Part shown: positions 1 to 9,060 of the stretch, piece after piece
Layout: every line of letters starts with the position of its first letter
How positions within the stretch are numbered: position 1 is the stretch's first letter
Assembly (NCBI GenBank): GCA_964559855.1
Contig: CAZLJC010000002.1
Span: forward strand, 3,900 to 67,899
DNA length: 64,000 nucleotides
Direction: 5' to 3'
DNA from: an uncultured Actinomycetes bacterium
GTDB taxonomy: Bacteria; Chloroflexota; Dormibacteria; Dormibacterales; Dormibacteraceae
The notes under the pieces: generated by a model
Databases searched by the model: none
Seen by the model: the letters and a program-made list of their open reading frames with translations, nothing else
Told to the model about the DNA's origin: nothing
Position numbers and translations under genes: made by a program

Positions 1-2254
1 CCGGCGACGGACCGGCCGGCGGACCGGCCGGCGGACCGGACGGCGGACCCGGCGACGGCGCAACCGGCGAAGGACTCGGCCGGAACGGCGGCTCCCCCGG
101 ATACGGGTTCGCCCCGCACGGATAGCGCGGCTCCCCCACCCCCTTCAAAAACACCTCGGCATACCCCCCGCCCCCGCTTGCCACGTACCCGCCGTCGTAG
201 GCGCAAACCTGCCGCGTGACCACCCCCGCCGGCGGCGTCCACATCGCCGGCCACGGGCGCGACGCGTAGTACTCCTCCAGGAACGGCTTCCACACCGACA
301 CCCCCACGTTCTCCCCGAACAGCATCGCCGTCGGGCACTGCCACCCCGAAGCCGGGAAGTTCGTCGCCAGGTACGCATAGCCCGAGGTGCACGACGGCCC
401 GGCCTCGATCCGCATCAGCGACGCCGCCACCGCGACGTCCGGCGTGTATCCGATGAAGATCGACCCCGTGTACGCCTCCGTCGTCCCCGACTTCCCCGCC
501 ACCGGCCGGCTCCCCAGCCCGCCCAGGTACAGCTTCACGGGCCCGCGCAGCAGGTCCGTCACCACGTAGCCCAGCGCGGGCGACACCACCTGCGTCCGCC
601 CCGCGCTCGCGTCGAACGCCTCCAGCACGTTCCCCGCCGGATCCGTGACCCGAAGCACCGCGCGCGGCGTCACCCGGTACCCGCCGTTGTCGAAAGCCGA
701 ATAGGCCGCGAGGTGCTCCGCCATCGACATCGGGTCATGCCCCAGCGTGGTCGCCACCCCGTCCGGGTTCTCGATCGGCGCCGTCACGCCGAGGTTGTGG
801 AGCAGCGTGACGACCCGATCCCCGCCCTCCTGGGAGTACGTCCACAGCGCCGGCAGGTTGCGCGACTGCGCCAGCGCCGTGCGCAGCGTGATGTACCCCT
901 CGCGCTTTCCGTCCCAGTCGCTGAACGTGCGGCCGCCGATCACACCGTCCTGGTCGTCCACCAGCGTGGCCGGCGTGACGATGCCCGCCTCCAGCGCCGC
1001 CGCGTACGTGTACACCTTGAACGACGAGCCCACGCCGCGCCAACCCAGAGGATCCATGCCCGTGAGGTTGATCTGCCCGCGGATCGCCGCGTTGCCGTAG
1101 TCGGCGCTGCCCACCATCGCCAGGATCTCGCCGTCGCTCGGGTTCATCACGAGCATCGCCCCGTTGTTCACGCCGCGCCTGGCGTACGCCTTCACGCCGG
1201 CCTTGACCCATCTGTCCGCCATCGCCTGCGTGCCCAGGTCCAGCGTGGTCGTGACCGTCAGCCCGCCCTCGTACAGCGCCCGCTCGCCGTACCGCTGCGC
1301 GATGTACCGCTCGATGTAATCGACGAAGTGCGCGGTCAGCGCGCCATGCGCGGAGGGCAGCGCTCGATGAACCGCGATCATCCTGGCCACGAAATCGCTC
1401 TCGTACATCGCGTCCGCGCCACGCGAGCTCAGGTCCCCCACCGCCACCATCCCGTCCAGCACCTGCCGCCACCGCGCCCGCGTCAGCTCCACCTGGTCCG
1501 GGGTGCCGAACGGGTCGTAGTCGCTCGGCGCCTGCGGCAGCCCCGCGAGAAAGCTCGCCTGCTCCCACGTGAGCTGGCTCGCGTGGACCTGGAAGTACGT
1601 CTCAGCCGCCGCCTCCGCGCCGTACGCGCCGTTGCCGTAGTTGATCGTGTTCAGGTACAGCTCGAGGATCTGCTGCTTGGTGTAGCGCCGCTCCATCTCC
1701 TCGGCCAGCAACAGCTCGCGAAACTTGCGGCTCAACGTGCGGCTCCGCCCCTCCTCCGTCGTGAGCACGTCGTTCTTCACCACCTGCTCGGTGATGGTCG
1801 ACCCGCCCAGCGTGCTCGAGCGGTGGGTGAGGTCGTATGCGACCGCGATCGCCAGGCGGCGGTAGTCCACGCCGCTGTTGCTGTAGAACGTGCGGTCCTC
1901 GGTGTCGATGGTCGCCCGCTGCAGCTTCACGCTGATCCGCCCCAGCGGGACCACCGTGCGGTTCTCGTGATACAGCGGCTCGATCAGGATGCCGTTGCGG
2001 TCCACGATGCGCGTCGTCTGGCTGAGGTTCGCCGCCTGCAGCGCCTCGATCGGAGGCAGGTCGCCCGCGAAGTAATCGACGGCGCCGACCGTGGCGCCCG
2101 TGCCGGCCAGGCTCAGTCCGCAGATCACGATCAGCGCGATCAGCGACAGGTGCGTCAGCCAGCGGCGGTAGCCGTTGCCGCGCTTCTGCTTGCGGTGCTG
2201 GGTGCGGCGGCCTCGGGCCTTCGCGGCCCGCGGCCTTTGCTTGCGTGTGGCCAG
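1..2254 (-). CDS. class A penicillin-binding protein (GT51 glycosyltransferase + transpeptidase); C-terminus lies beyond the window edge; absent from supplied ORF track
   Basis: Own translation of the minus frame gives a basic tail plus TM (RRWLTHLSLIALIVICGLSLAG), GT51 motif TIDTEDRTFYSNSGVDY, transpeptidase SxxK (GSSFKVYTYAAALEAG) and a Pro-rich tail open to position 1. There is no ATG/GTG/TTG before the TM. CTG at 2254 sits 9 nt after GGAGG (2264-2268). Confidence 0.85.
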   Translation of the reverse strand, partial: MATRKQRPRAAKARGRRTQHRKQKRGNGYRRWLTHLSLIALIVICGLSLAGTGATVGAVDYFAGDLPPIEALQAANLSQTTRIVDRNGILIEPLYHENRTVVPLGRISVKLQRATIDTEDRTFYSNSGVDYRRLAIAVAYDLTHRSSTLGGSTITEQVVKNDVLTTEEGRSRTLSRKFRELLLAEEMERRYTKQQILELYLNTINYGNGAYGAEAAAETYFQVHASQLTWEQASFLAGLPQAPSDYDPFGTPDQVELTRARWRQVLDGMVAVGDLSSRGADAMYESDFVARMIAVHRALPSAHGALTAHFVDYIERYIAQRYGERALYEGGLTVTTTLDLGTQAMADRWVKAGVKAYARRGVNNGAMLVMNPSDGEILAMVGSADYGNAAIRGQINLTGMDPLGWRGVGSSFKVYTYAAALEAGIVTPATLVDDQDGVIGGRTFSDWDGKREGYITLRTALAQSRNLPALWTYSQEGGDRVVTLLHNLGVTAPIENPDGVATTLGHDPMSMAEHLAAYSAFDNGGYRVTPRAVLRVTDPAGNVLEAFDASAGRTQVVSPALGYVVTDLLRGPVKLYLGGLGSRPVAGKSGTTEAYTGSIFIGYTPDVAVAASLMRIEAGPSCTSGYAYLATNFPASGWQCPTAMLFGENVGVSVWKPFLEEYYASRPWPAMWTPPAGVVTRQVCAYDGGYVASGGGGYAEVFLKGVGEPRYPCGANPYPGEPPFRPSPSPVAPSPGPPSGPPAGPPAGPSP
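9..56. repeat. 4 x 12-bp tandem repeat inside the PBP C-terminal low-complexity tail
   Basis: Read directly: ggaccggccggc ggaccggccggc ggaccggacggc ggacccggcgac. It encodes a (P-A/S-G-P)n tail on the minus strand. Confidence 0.8.
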
Positions 2255-2311
2255 GCGGGACGACCTCCAGGACGTTTGCTGCGACGCGTGGTATTTCGGT
2301 GCCCCGGGAGT

Positions 2312-3727
2312 TTACCGAACGCCGAGCGCTTCAGCCCCCTGGTCGGCCAGGCCCATGATCGGGTTGGCGAGGAACCCGTAACCGGCGATCACCAGGCAGA
2401 AAGCCAGCGCGCCGAGCGACGAGAAGCGCGTGATGCCGGGCAGCGCGCCCGCCGCGCCCCGGCGCGCCTCGTCCAGCGGCGCCTGGACGTAAAGGACGCG
2501 CAGCGTTCCGGCCGCCGCGACCAGGCTGAGCAGCGAGCCGGCCACGCCCAGGGCCAGCAGCACCCACTGCCCGCCCTGGGCCAGGGAGGCCGCGACCGCC
2601 ATCTCGCCGAAGAACCCCGCCAGCGGCGGCGCCCCGGCCAGCGACAGCATGGCGAGCGCCAGGCCCGCCGCACGGTACGGCCGCAGCACGCCCAGGCCCG
2701 CGAGCCCGGCGTCGCCCCCCTCCCACCGACCGAGCAGCGCCGGCGCGGACGTCGCGGCGATCGCGAACGCGCCCAGCAGGAACAGCGACGCGGCCAGCCC
2801 CGCCCGGTAGTGCGACGCAAGGCCCGCCGCGACCCACCCGACCTGTCCGGTGGCGAGGTACGCGATCCGCGCCCGCGGCGAGCGCGCCGCCAGCGCCGCG
2901 GCGCCGCCTCCGACGATCGTCCCCGCGCCCAGCACAGAAAGGAATGGCCCGTACGAATCCGGCACCGGGATCAGCGCGGCCGCCAGCTTGATCGCCACCA
3001 CGCCCACGCCGAGCGCCGCCACCCCCAGCACGAGGCCCGAGCCGAGGGGCGAGCCGCCGCCCCCGACGGCCGTGAACCTGGCCATGTGGAAGGGCGCGAG
3101 CCCCGCCCGCACGGCCAGGCCGCCGAGCAGGATCACGACCGGCAGCACGAACGGCACCGTGGGCGGGGTGTACAGCAGGAAGGGCCGCATCGAGCTCAGG
3201 TCCGCGCTGCCGACCGTGGCGTACACGTACGCCAGTCCGATCAGGAACAGCCCGCTCGCCACCCCGCCCGCCACGATCAGGCCCAGCCCAAGGTCCGGCC
3301 GGCGCAGCGAGATGGCCACGATGCCCGCCGCCCCCGCCAGCTCGAGCCCGGCCCACAGACCGACCAGGTCGCTCGCGGACGCGGCCACCATGACCCCGAA
3401 AGCGCCCAGCAGCGGCATCGCCACCGCGACCGCCGGCGAGTCCTCGGCCGTCCAGTCCGTGGTGGCGACCGCGACCGCCGCGGCCAGCAGCACCGCCGCC
3501 TTGGCGAACAGCGCGAACCGGTCCTGCACGAACCCGCCGCCGAAGTACAGGCCGAGCGTCGCGCCCGCCCACAGCTCGACCCCGAAAGCCACCACCAGCA
3601 CGCCCGCGACCGCCGGCGCCGGCGAGAGCCGCAGCGCGCGCGGCATCCATCCCAGGCGCGGGAGCAGCAGCACCAGCGCCGCCGCGGCCACCACCAGCGC
3701 CTCGGGCAAGAAAACCAGGTAGCGCAT
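2312..3727 (-). CDS. nuoN: NADH-quinone oxidoreductase subunit N
   Basis: ORF 2312..3862 is a polytopic membrane protein of the NuoN/Mrp antiporter-like type. The start is set at MRYLVFLPEALVV (ATG 3727), which overlaps the nuoM stop by 1 nt. Confidence 0.85.
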   Translation of the reverse strand: MRYLVFLPEALVVAAAALVLLLPRLGWMPRALRLSPAPAVAGVLVVAFGVELWAGATLGLYFGGGFVQDRFALFAKAAVLLAAAVAVATTDWTAEDSPAVAVAMPLLGAFGVMVAASASDLVGLWAGLELAGAAGIVAISLRRPDLGLGLIVAGGVASGLFLIGLAYVYATVGSADLSSMRPFLLYTPPTVPFVLPVVILLGGLAVRAGLAPFHMARFTAVGGGGSPLGSGLVLGVAALGVGVVAIKLAAALIPVPDSYGPFLSVLGAGTIVGGGAAALAARSPRARIAYLATGQVGWVAAGLASHYRAGLAASLFLLGAFAIAATSAPALLGRWEGGDAGLAGLGVLRPYRAAGLALAMLSLAGAPPLAGFFGEMAVAASLAQGGQWVLLALGVAGSLLSLVAAAGTLRVLYVQAPLDEARRGAAGALPGITRFSSLGALAFCLVIAGYGFLANPIMGLADQGAEALGVR

Positions 3728-5328
3728 CACGCCGGTCCCGGCGCCACGTACGGCGACGCCATATCGGAGATGCCGGCCGCCATCTGGTTGATGAGGCCGG
3801 GGTCGAACAGCGGGATATCGCTTCCCGGAATCTTGGGGCCGCCCGGGAACAGGCCAACCCACAGCAAAGCCCCGGCGAGCAGGCCCATGTACCAGACCTC
3901 ACCCAGGGACACGTCCGACACTGCCGGCGCCTCCGGGTTGGGAGCGCCGAGCAGCGTGCGGCGCAGCAGCACCGCCAGCGCGATCGCGGTCACGGCCAGC
4001 CCGGACGCCACCGCGAACGCGCCGATCGGCTGGTTCTTGAACGCGCCGAAGAAAACCATCACGTCGGCGGCGTAGGAGGCAAGGATGGGCACGCCCAGCA
4101 GGGCCAGCGCCGCCAGCAGCATGAGCCACGCGAAGTTCGGCATCCGCGGCGCCAGCCCCGCCAGCACCAGCAGGCTCCGCGACTGCGCGCGCTCGGCCAG
4201 CGTCGCGCACGCCCCCGCGATCAGGGCCGCCGCCATCCCACCGGTGAACAGGCTCAGCACCGTGCCCGCGATGCCCAGCGGCGAGACGGCCGCCAGGCCC
4301 AGCACCGTGATGCCGCCCGGCACCAGAGCGAGGTACGCGCCCGTCACCCGCACGTCCGCGGCGCGCAGCGCGGCCAGCGCCGCGTAGCCCACGGTCAGCG
4401 CCGCCAGCAGGGCCAGCAGTGGCGAGAGCACGTGCGCGGCCGACGGGGACGCGCCGATGATCGTCCGCAGCAGCAGGAACGCGCCCATGCGCGAGGCCGC
4501 CGACGCGACGACCACGGTCACGCCGACCGGCGCCTCGGAGAGCACCTCGCGCGCCCATCCGTGCAGCGGGAACAGCGGCAGGCGGGTCGCGCCCGCGACC
4601 AGCATGATCAGGCTCACGCCGATCTGGATCCGCGGCGTCACCGCCGACGCCTTGAGCAGCGTGTCCATGTCGAAGCTGGTGCCGCCGGTCGCCGAGTACA
4701 GCACCATGGTGCCGAGCACCAGCGCGGCCGTGCCCGCGCCCCAGTAGCCGACCAGGCGCCAGGCCGCCCCGGCCCGGCGCGGACCGCCCCAGCCCAGGAT
4801 GAGCAGCGCCAGCGGCAGGATCACGCCGCCCCAGAACAGGACGAGCACGAACATGTCCCGCGCGACGATCGCGCCGTTGACGAAGCCCTGCGCCACCAGC
4901 AGCAGCGCGAAATACGGGCGCACGCGCTCGCGGATGCCGAGCGACGCGAGCACGGAGATGATCCCGACGAGGCCGGACATCATCAGCATCACGATCCCGG
5001 GCCCGTCGACCCCGAGGTGATACGTGACGCCGATCGCCGGGAGCCACGGCAGCTTCTCCTCGTACTGCATCGTCGGCAGGAAGTTCTGGAACTGGCTGTA
5101 GGCGATGAACAGCACGAACAGGAGCGCGAGGTTGGTGAAGAACGCGATCTGCTTGACCAGCACGTCGTAGCGGCCGCGCGGGCTCGGCATCAGCGCGATC
5201 ACGCCGCCGATCACGACCGGCACCCAGACCATGAGGCTCAGGAGGAACGGCTGGGAGAAGATGTTGGCGCCCGGCACGCCCGCGGCCGTCGGGCTCGGCG
5301 TCGCGAGGAACATCAGAAGATGGCTCAC
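3727..5328 (-). CDS. nuoM: NADH-quinone oxidoreductase subunit M
   Basis: 533-aa antiporter-like membrane protein (…LPLFPLHGW…). GTGA overlap with the nuoL stop. Confidence 0.88.
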   Translation of the reverse strand: MSHLLMFLATPSPTAAGVPGANIFSQPFLLSLMVWVPVVIGGVIALMPSPRGRYDVLVKQIAFFTNLALLFVLFIAYSQFQNFLPTMQYEEKLPWLPAIGVTYHLGVDGPGIVMLMMSGLVGIISVLASLGIRERVRPYFALLLVAQGFVNGAIVARDMFVLVLFWGGVILPLALLILGWGGPRRAGAAWRLVGYWGAGTAALVLGTMVLYSATGGTSFDMDTLLKASAVTPRIQIGVSLIMLVAGATRLPLFPLHGWAREVLSEAPVGVTVVVASAASRMGAFLLLRTIIGASPSAAHVLSPLLALLAALTVGYAALAALRAADVRVTGAYLALVPGGITVLGLAAVSPLGIAGTVLSLFTGGMAAALIAGACATLAERAQSRSLLVLAGLAPRMPNFAWLMLLAALALLGVPILASYAADVMVFFGAFKNQPIGAFAVASGLAVTAIALAVLLRRTLLGAPNPEAPAVSDVSLGEVWYMGLLAGALLWVGLFPGGPKIPGSDIPLFDPGLINQMAAGISDMASPYVAPGPA

Positions 5329-7292
5329 CGCGCCACCCCCGGCGCGAGCAGCGCCACCAGCACGGCCAGCACCGCGACCAGCGCGATCATCAGCGGCAGC
5401 GCGGGCATGCGCGCCGTCGCCATGGCGAGCTGGCCCGACGCGACCGCGAAGCGCGCTATCGCCCCGTCACCGGCGGGGATCCACAGGTCGAGCCGGCGCG
5501 CGATGTCCAGCACCGGCGCGATCAGGAAGCGGTCCAGGATCCCGGCCGACCTGCCCGTGCCGCGTCCCAGCCACGCGTTCGCGCGCGAGGTCACGCGCAG
5601 CACGCTGTCCTTGCCCCGCGTGTAGGCGATGACCGCGGCCGCGAATCCGATCGCGGCGGCGACGATCCACAGCACATACGAGCCGATCTCCGGCACCGGG
5701 TGCTTGCGCCCGTCCACGAACCCGAGCCACGCCGGGACCAGGGAGGCGACCAGCATCGCGGCCCCCAGGAGCGCGAGCAGGTAGGGCCACGTCAGGGAGG
5801 GCTGCGGCGCTTCACGCACGCGGTCGGGGTCGAACGCGCGCCGGCGGCGCAGCGGCCCCAGGGACGGCGCCAGGAACAGGCGAAGCATCGCCGCGCTCAC
5901 GAGCACCAGCGCCTCGCCGAGCGCGACGCCGGTCTTGGAGCGCGAGGACACGCCGAAGGCCAGCGCCCCCACCACGCTCAGCGCGACCACGGCCGAGCAC
6001 GCCGCCAGGGCGGCCGCGCTCGCGCGCATCCTGTTCCAGCCGTCGCCCATGTCCGCCAGGTCGTCGGTCCGCATCGCGCCCGCGATCGACGTCGCCGCCA
6101 GCAGCGCACCGGCCCGCGCGGGCCCGCACGCGAGCACCGCCACGACGCCCGCGGCGGCGAAGGTCGTGCCCGGGTACTGGAAACCGTGGATCACGACCGC
6201 GGTCGCGATGGCGATCGCCGCGCTGCCCGCAAGCGCCACGGCGCGGCGCGGCTCCACGCTCAGCAGCGACAGCACCGCCGCGACGGTCGCCGAGATGCCG
6301 CAGGCCGCGATCAGCGCCTGCATCGTCTGCTGGTTCGAGGCCGCGATCACCGGCATGAGGCGGTAGAGCACCGCGACGCCGACGACCGGCCACACGGACT
6401 GCGCGATGGCCGACGCGGCGGGCGGCGCGGTGGGCGCGGTCTGCGTGATCCACGACACGAAAGGCCACAGCGCCAGCCGGCCGGCCACGCCCGCGAACAG
6501 CAGCACCGACCCCACGACCAGCGAGCGCACCGTCCACCCGGGGTTGGTGTGGAGGATCGGGGTCAGCGTCGAGAGCTCCTGCGTGCCGTAGCGCGCGTAG
6601 AGCCACGCGATGCCGCACAGCAGGAAGAGGTCGGTGATGAACGGCAGCGCGAGCGCCACGCGCGCGCGGCTCGCGGCCTCGTCGAGCCCCCAGCGGTGGG
6701 CGAGCAGGAGGAACGTGATCGCGCCGCCGATGAGCCAGAAGGCGAAGAGCTCCGCGAGGTCCGTGCTCAGCAGCACGCCCGCGCACGCGAACAGCAGCGC
6801 CGTCACCTCCGCGAAGAAGCGCGCCGCGCCCGGCTCGGCCCGCCCCATGATGCGGTGCCAGCCCAGGATGCACAGCACCGAGATCTCGATCACCGCGAGC
6901 GCGGCGACCGTGATCCGGTCGGCGTGCATCGTGAGGTTGATCGCGAACGATTGGAAGTTCGTCGGCCCGTTGAACGCGACCGACATGCTCACGTACTGGT
7001 ACGTCACCTGGAACGGCGAGCCCCGCTTCAGCAGGCCCCAGCCGACGAGCACAGTCAGGGCGAGCATGACGAACGTGCCGAGCATCGCCATCGTGGCGGC
7101 CGAGCGCCGTGTGCGGATGCTCGAAACGGCGAGCAGGAAGGCCGCGAACGGCGCCAGCAGCGTGAAGGGGACGGCCCACGCCAGGGCGGCGGCGGGGTCG
7201 AACGAGAACCCGCCCGGCGCCGCGTGCCTGGCGCCTGAAGCTGCCCCGGACGCGGCGGCGAAGACCAGTCCGGCGAGGGCCGGCAGGCTCAG
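5325..7292 (-). CDS. nuoL: NADH-quinone oxidoreductase subunit L (start probably CTG)
   Basis: ORF 5325..7493 is antiporter-like with a long C-terminal extension typical of NuoL. The first ~67 aa of the tracked ORF are Arg-rich, out-of-frame-looking sequence overlapping nuoK. CTG at 7292 forms CTGA with the nuoK stop and follows GGGAG by 8 nt. Confidence 0.8.
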   Translation of the reverse strand: MSLPALAGLVFAAASGAASGARHAAPGGFSFDPAAALAWAVPFTLLAPFAAFLLAVSSIRTRRSAATMAMLGTFVMLALTVLVGWGLLKRGSPFQVTYQYVSMSVAFNGPTNFQSFAINLTMHADRITVAALAVIEISVLCILGWHRIMGRAEPGAARFFAEVTALLFACAGVLLSTDLAELFAFWLIGGAITFLLLAHRWGLDEAASRARVALALPFITDLFLLCGIAWLYARYGTQELSTLTPILHTNPGWTVRSLVVGSVLLFAGVAGRLALWPFVSWITQTAPTAPPAASAIAQSVWPVVGVAVLYRLMPVIAASNQQTMQALIAACGISATVAAVLSLLSVEPRRAVALAGSAAIAIATAVVIHGFQYPGTTFAAAGVVAVLACGPARAGALLAATSIAGAMRTDDLADMGDGWNRMRASAAALAACSAVVALSVVGALAFGVSSRSKTGVALGEALVLVSAAMLRLFLAPSLGPLRRRRAFDPDRVREAPQPSLTWPYLLALLGAAMLVASLVPAWLGFVDGRKHPVPEIGSYVLWIVAAAIGFAAAVIAYTRGKDSVLRVTSRANAWLGRGTGRSAGILDRFLIAPVLDIARRLDLWIPAGDGAIARFAVASGQLAMATARMPALPLMIALVAVLAVLVALLAPGVAR

Positions 7293-7564
7293 CGAGGAAG
7301 CTCCCGCGCGGCCATGCCCGCGCCGAGCCCCGCCAGCGCCACGGCCGCGCCGGCCAGCAGCACGGCGAGCTCCTGGCCCGTCACCTCGTGCTGCCCGGTG
7401 GCCGAGAAGCGGGCGACGCCCACGAACGCGAGGCCGGCGCCCGCGAACACGATCGGGAGGCCGGCCAGGGCCGCGGCGACGTCGCGCCGCCACATCGCCG
7501 CGAAAGAGCCGGCCGCGACCAGCGCCGCCGCCACGAAGAGCACCGCGGTCAGCCCGACCGTCAT
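7289..7564 (-). CDS. nuoK: NADH-quinone oxidoreductase subunit K
   Basis: ~91-aa three-TM protein. The start is set at MTVGLTAVLF (ATG 7564), an ATGA overlap with the nuoJ stop. Confidence 0.8.
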   Translation of the reverse strand: MTVGLTAVLFVAAALVAAGSFAAMWRRDVAAALAGLPIVFAGAGLAFVGVARFSATGQHEVTGQELAVLLAGAAVALAGLGAGMAARELPR

Positions 7565-8049
7565 CGCGCGCGCTCTCGCAGCCGCCACGCCGCCGCGCCG
7601 CCCGCGGCCGCCACGACGGTCAGAGCCGCCACCGCCTCGACCGCCATCGCGTCATGCGCGAACAGCAGCCGCCCGACGGCCGCCGTGTCGAACGCGCCTC
7701 CGTAGAAGGTCGCGTGCACGAAGGCGCCCTTGAACGCGGAGTAGGCCAGCAGCACGAGCAGCACCGCGGCCCCCGCCGCACCGAGCTGCCGCCACAGCGG
7801 ACCGATCGTGACCTGGACCACGCGGTGGCCGGGTCCCCCGAGGACGAGCGCGCAGGCCGCGTAGCAGATCAGCGCGACGATCGCGGCGAAGCCCGCGGAA
7901 AGGCTCAGGTACGCCCCCGCGAGCCCGACGGCGGCGGCCGCCATCGCGATCCCGCGCCACTCTCGAAGCGGCAGCAGGACGACGCCGAGCCCACCCGCGA
8001 GCAAAACCCCGGAGGACACGTAGAAACCTATCGCGTGGAGGGAGTCCAT
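7561..8049 (-). CDS. nuoJ: NADH-quinone oxidoreductase subunit J
   Basis: 162-aa membrane protein immediately upstream of nuoK. GGAG lies 5 nt before the ATG. Confidence 0.8.
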   Translation of the reverse strand: MDSLHAIGFYVSSGVLLAGGLGVVLLPLREWRGIAMAAAAVGLAGAYLSLSAGFAAIVALICYAACALVLGGPGHRVVQVTIGPLWRQLGAAGAAVLLVLLAYSAFKGAFVHATFYGGAFDTAAVGRLLFAHDAMAVEAVAALTVVAAAGGAAAWRLRERAR

Positions 8050-8086
8050 CGGCGCTCCGTGCTAACCAGAGAACGTTGTTTGCCGG

Positions 8087-8293
8087 CTATCTCTCGGCGG
8101 GCGCCGGCTCGCGCCAAGCATACAGAATGCCGGATGCCGCAATCGCCAGCGCCGCGAGCGCCGCAGCCGCGGGCCCAACCTCGGTCGAAACGCTCGACGC
8201 GGCGAACACGTACGCGCCGGCCACGAGCAGCCACACCGGCACCAGGGCCACGACGGCCACGCGAACCGCCCCCCACCGCCGCCACGCGTTCAC
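8087..8293 (-). CDS. small hypothetical membrane protein (2 predicted TM helices)
   Basis: C-terminal part of ORF 8087..8941. A GTG at 8293 gives VNAWRRWGAVRVAVVALVPVWLLVAG…AALAALAIAASGILYAW. No clear SD. Confidence 0.3.
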   Translation of the reverse strand: MNAWRRWGAVRVAVVALVPVWLLVAGAYVFAASSVSTEVGPAAAALAALAIAASGILYAWREPAPAER

Positions 8294-8319
8294 GCGGTCG
8301 AGTATCGCAGGGACGCGCG

Positions 8320-9060
8320 TCAGGGCGCGTCGACCGGGATGGCCGCGAGCAAAGCCGTCAGCGCCACCACCGCGACCGCGGTCGCGCCCTCCAGCCGCGC
8401 GACGGGAAAGCGCCGCCGCCACCCCAGCGACGAGAACGCGATCATGGCCAGCACCCCGGCCGACTTCAACGCCAGCACGATGCCGTAGCTCGTTGACCAG
8501 AGGTCGCTCACCCGCGCCAGCTCCTCTGTCGCGCGGAGCACGCCCGTGAGTGCCGTGACGCCGAAGGCGATGAACGCCACGCGCCCGAACCGCTCGAGCA
8601 GCACGTGGGCCTCCTCCCCGCTCCACCCGTCCGGCGGCCGCAGCATCCCCAGCGCCAGGATCCCGCCGGCCCACATCGCCGCGCTCAGCACGTGCAGCGC
8701 GTCGGCGAACTCCGCGCCGCCCGGTATGCCCAGCTGCGCAGCGTGGCCGGAGAGGGGCAGGATCGCCGCCGCGAACACACCGAACGGAGCCACCAGGCCG
8801 CGACTCGTGAAGCACAGGTAGAAGGCCGCCGCCTCCGCCGCCACGCGGATCGCGACCGGCCACGCCGGGTGCTGGAGCAGGAGCAGGAAGCCGCCCGCGA
8901 GCGCGGCGCCGAACGCGAGGTGCATGGGCGGCCGCGCCCACGCGATCCGCGGCCGCATGTTGCCGGCCCGGCGCACGACGAACGAACCGATGCCGGCGAG
9001 CAGGCCGAGGTACTCGACCCAGTGAAACGCCGCGCTGAAGAGGTCGGCCTGCGCGATCAA
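8320..9060 (-). CDS. CopD-family (copper resistance D-like) integral membrane protein
   Basis: C-terminal 246 aa of ORF 8320..10167, polytopic, with a CopD-like helix pattern (…HVLSAAMWAGGILAL…). TTG at 9060 forms TTGA with the mnmA stop. Confidence 0.6.
   Translation of the reverse strand: MIAQADLFSAAFHWVEYLGLLAGIGSFVVRRAGNMRPRIAWARPPMHLAFGAALAGGFLLLLQHPAWPVAIRVAAEAAAFYLCFTSRGLVAPFGVFAAAILPLSGHAAQLGIPGGAEFADALHVLSAAMWAGGILALGMLRPPDGWSGEEAHVLLERFGRVAFIAFGVTALTGVLRATEELARVSDLWSTSYGIVLALKSAGVLAMIAFSSLGWRRRFPVARLEGATAVAVVALTALLAAIPVDAP

Noticed and set aside
2255-2340. The hairpin TTCGGT…ACCGAA around the nuoN stop as an intrinsic terminator
   Set aside because: It overlaps the stop codon, has a 13-nt loop and lacks a U-tract. 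The PBP gene follows 57 nt later on the same strand, so read-through is equally plausible.
713-4075. Very long plus-strand ORFs, such as 713..4075 (1120 aa), 29305..32235 (976 aa), 59529..62549 (1006 aa), 8320..10167, and many 100-700 aa Arg/Ala/Pro/Gly-rich ORFs on both strands
   Set aside because: They lie antisense to or out of frame with genes that have clear family motifs. Their sequences are low-complexity and R/A/G/P-dominated, as expected for stop-poor shadow frames in ~70% GC DNA.
5325-7493. nuoL starting at the ATG of the tracked ORF (7493)
   Set aside because: That start would overlap nuoK by 204 nt in another frame and add a 67-aa Arg-rich non-membrane leader. See the CTG 7292 proposal.
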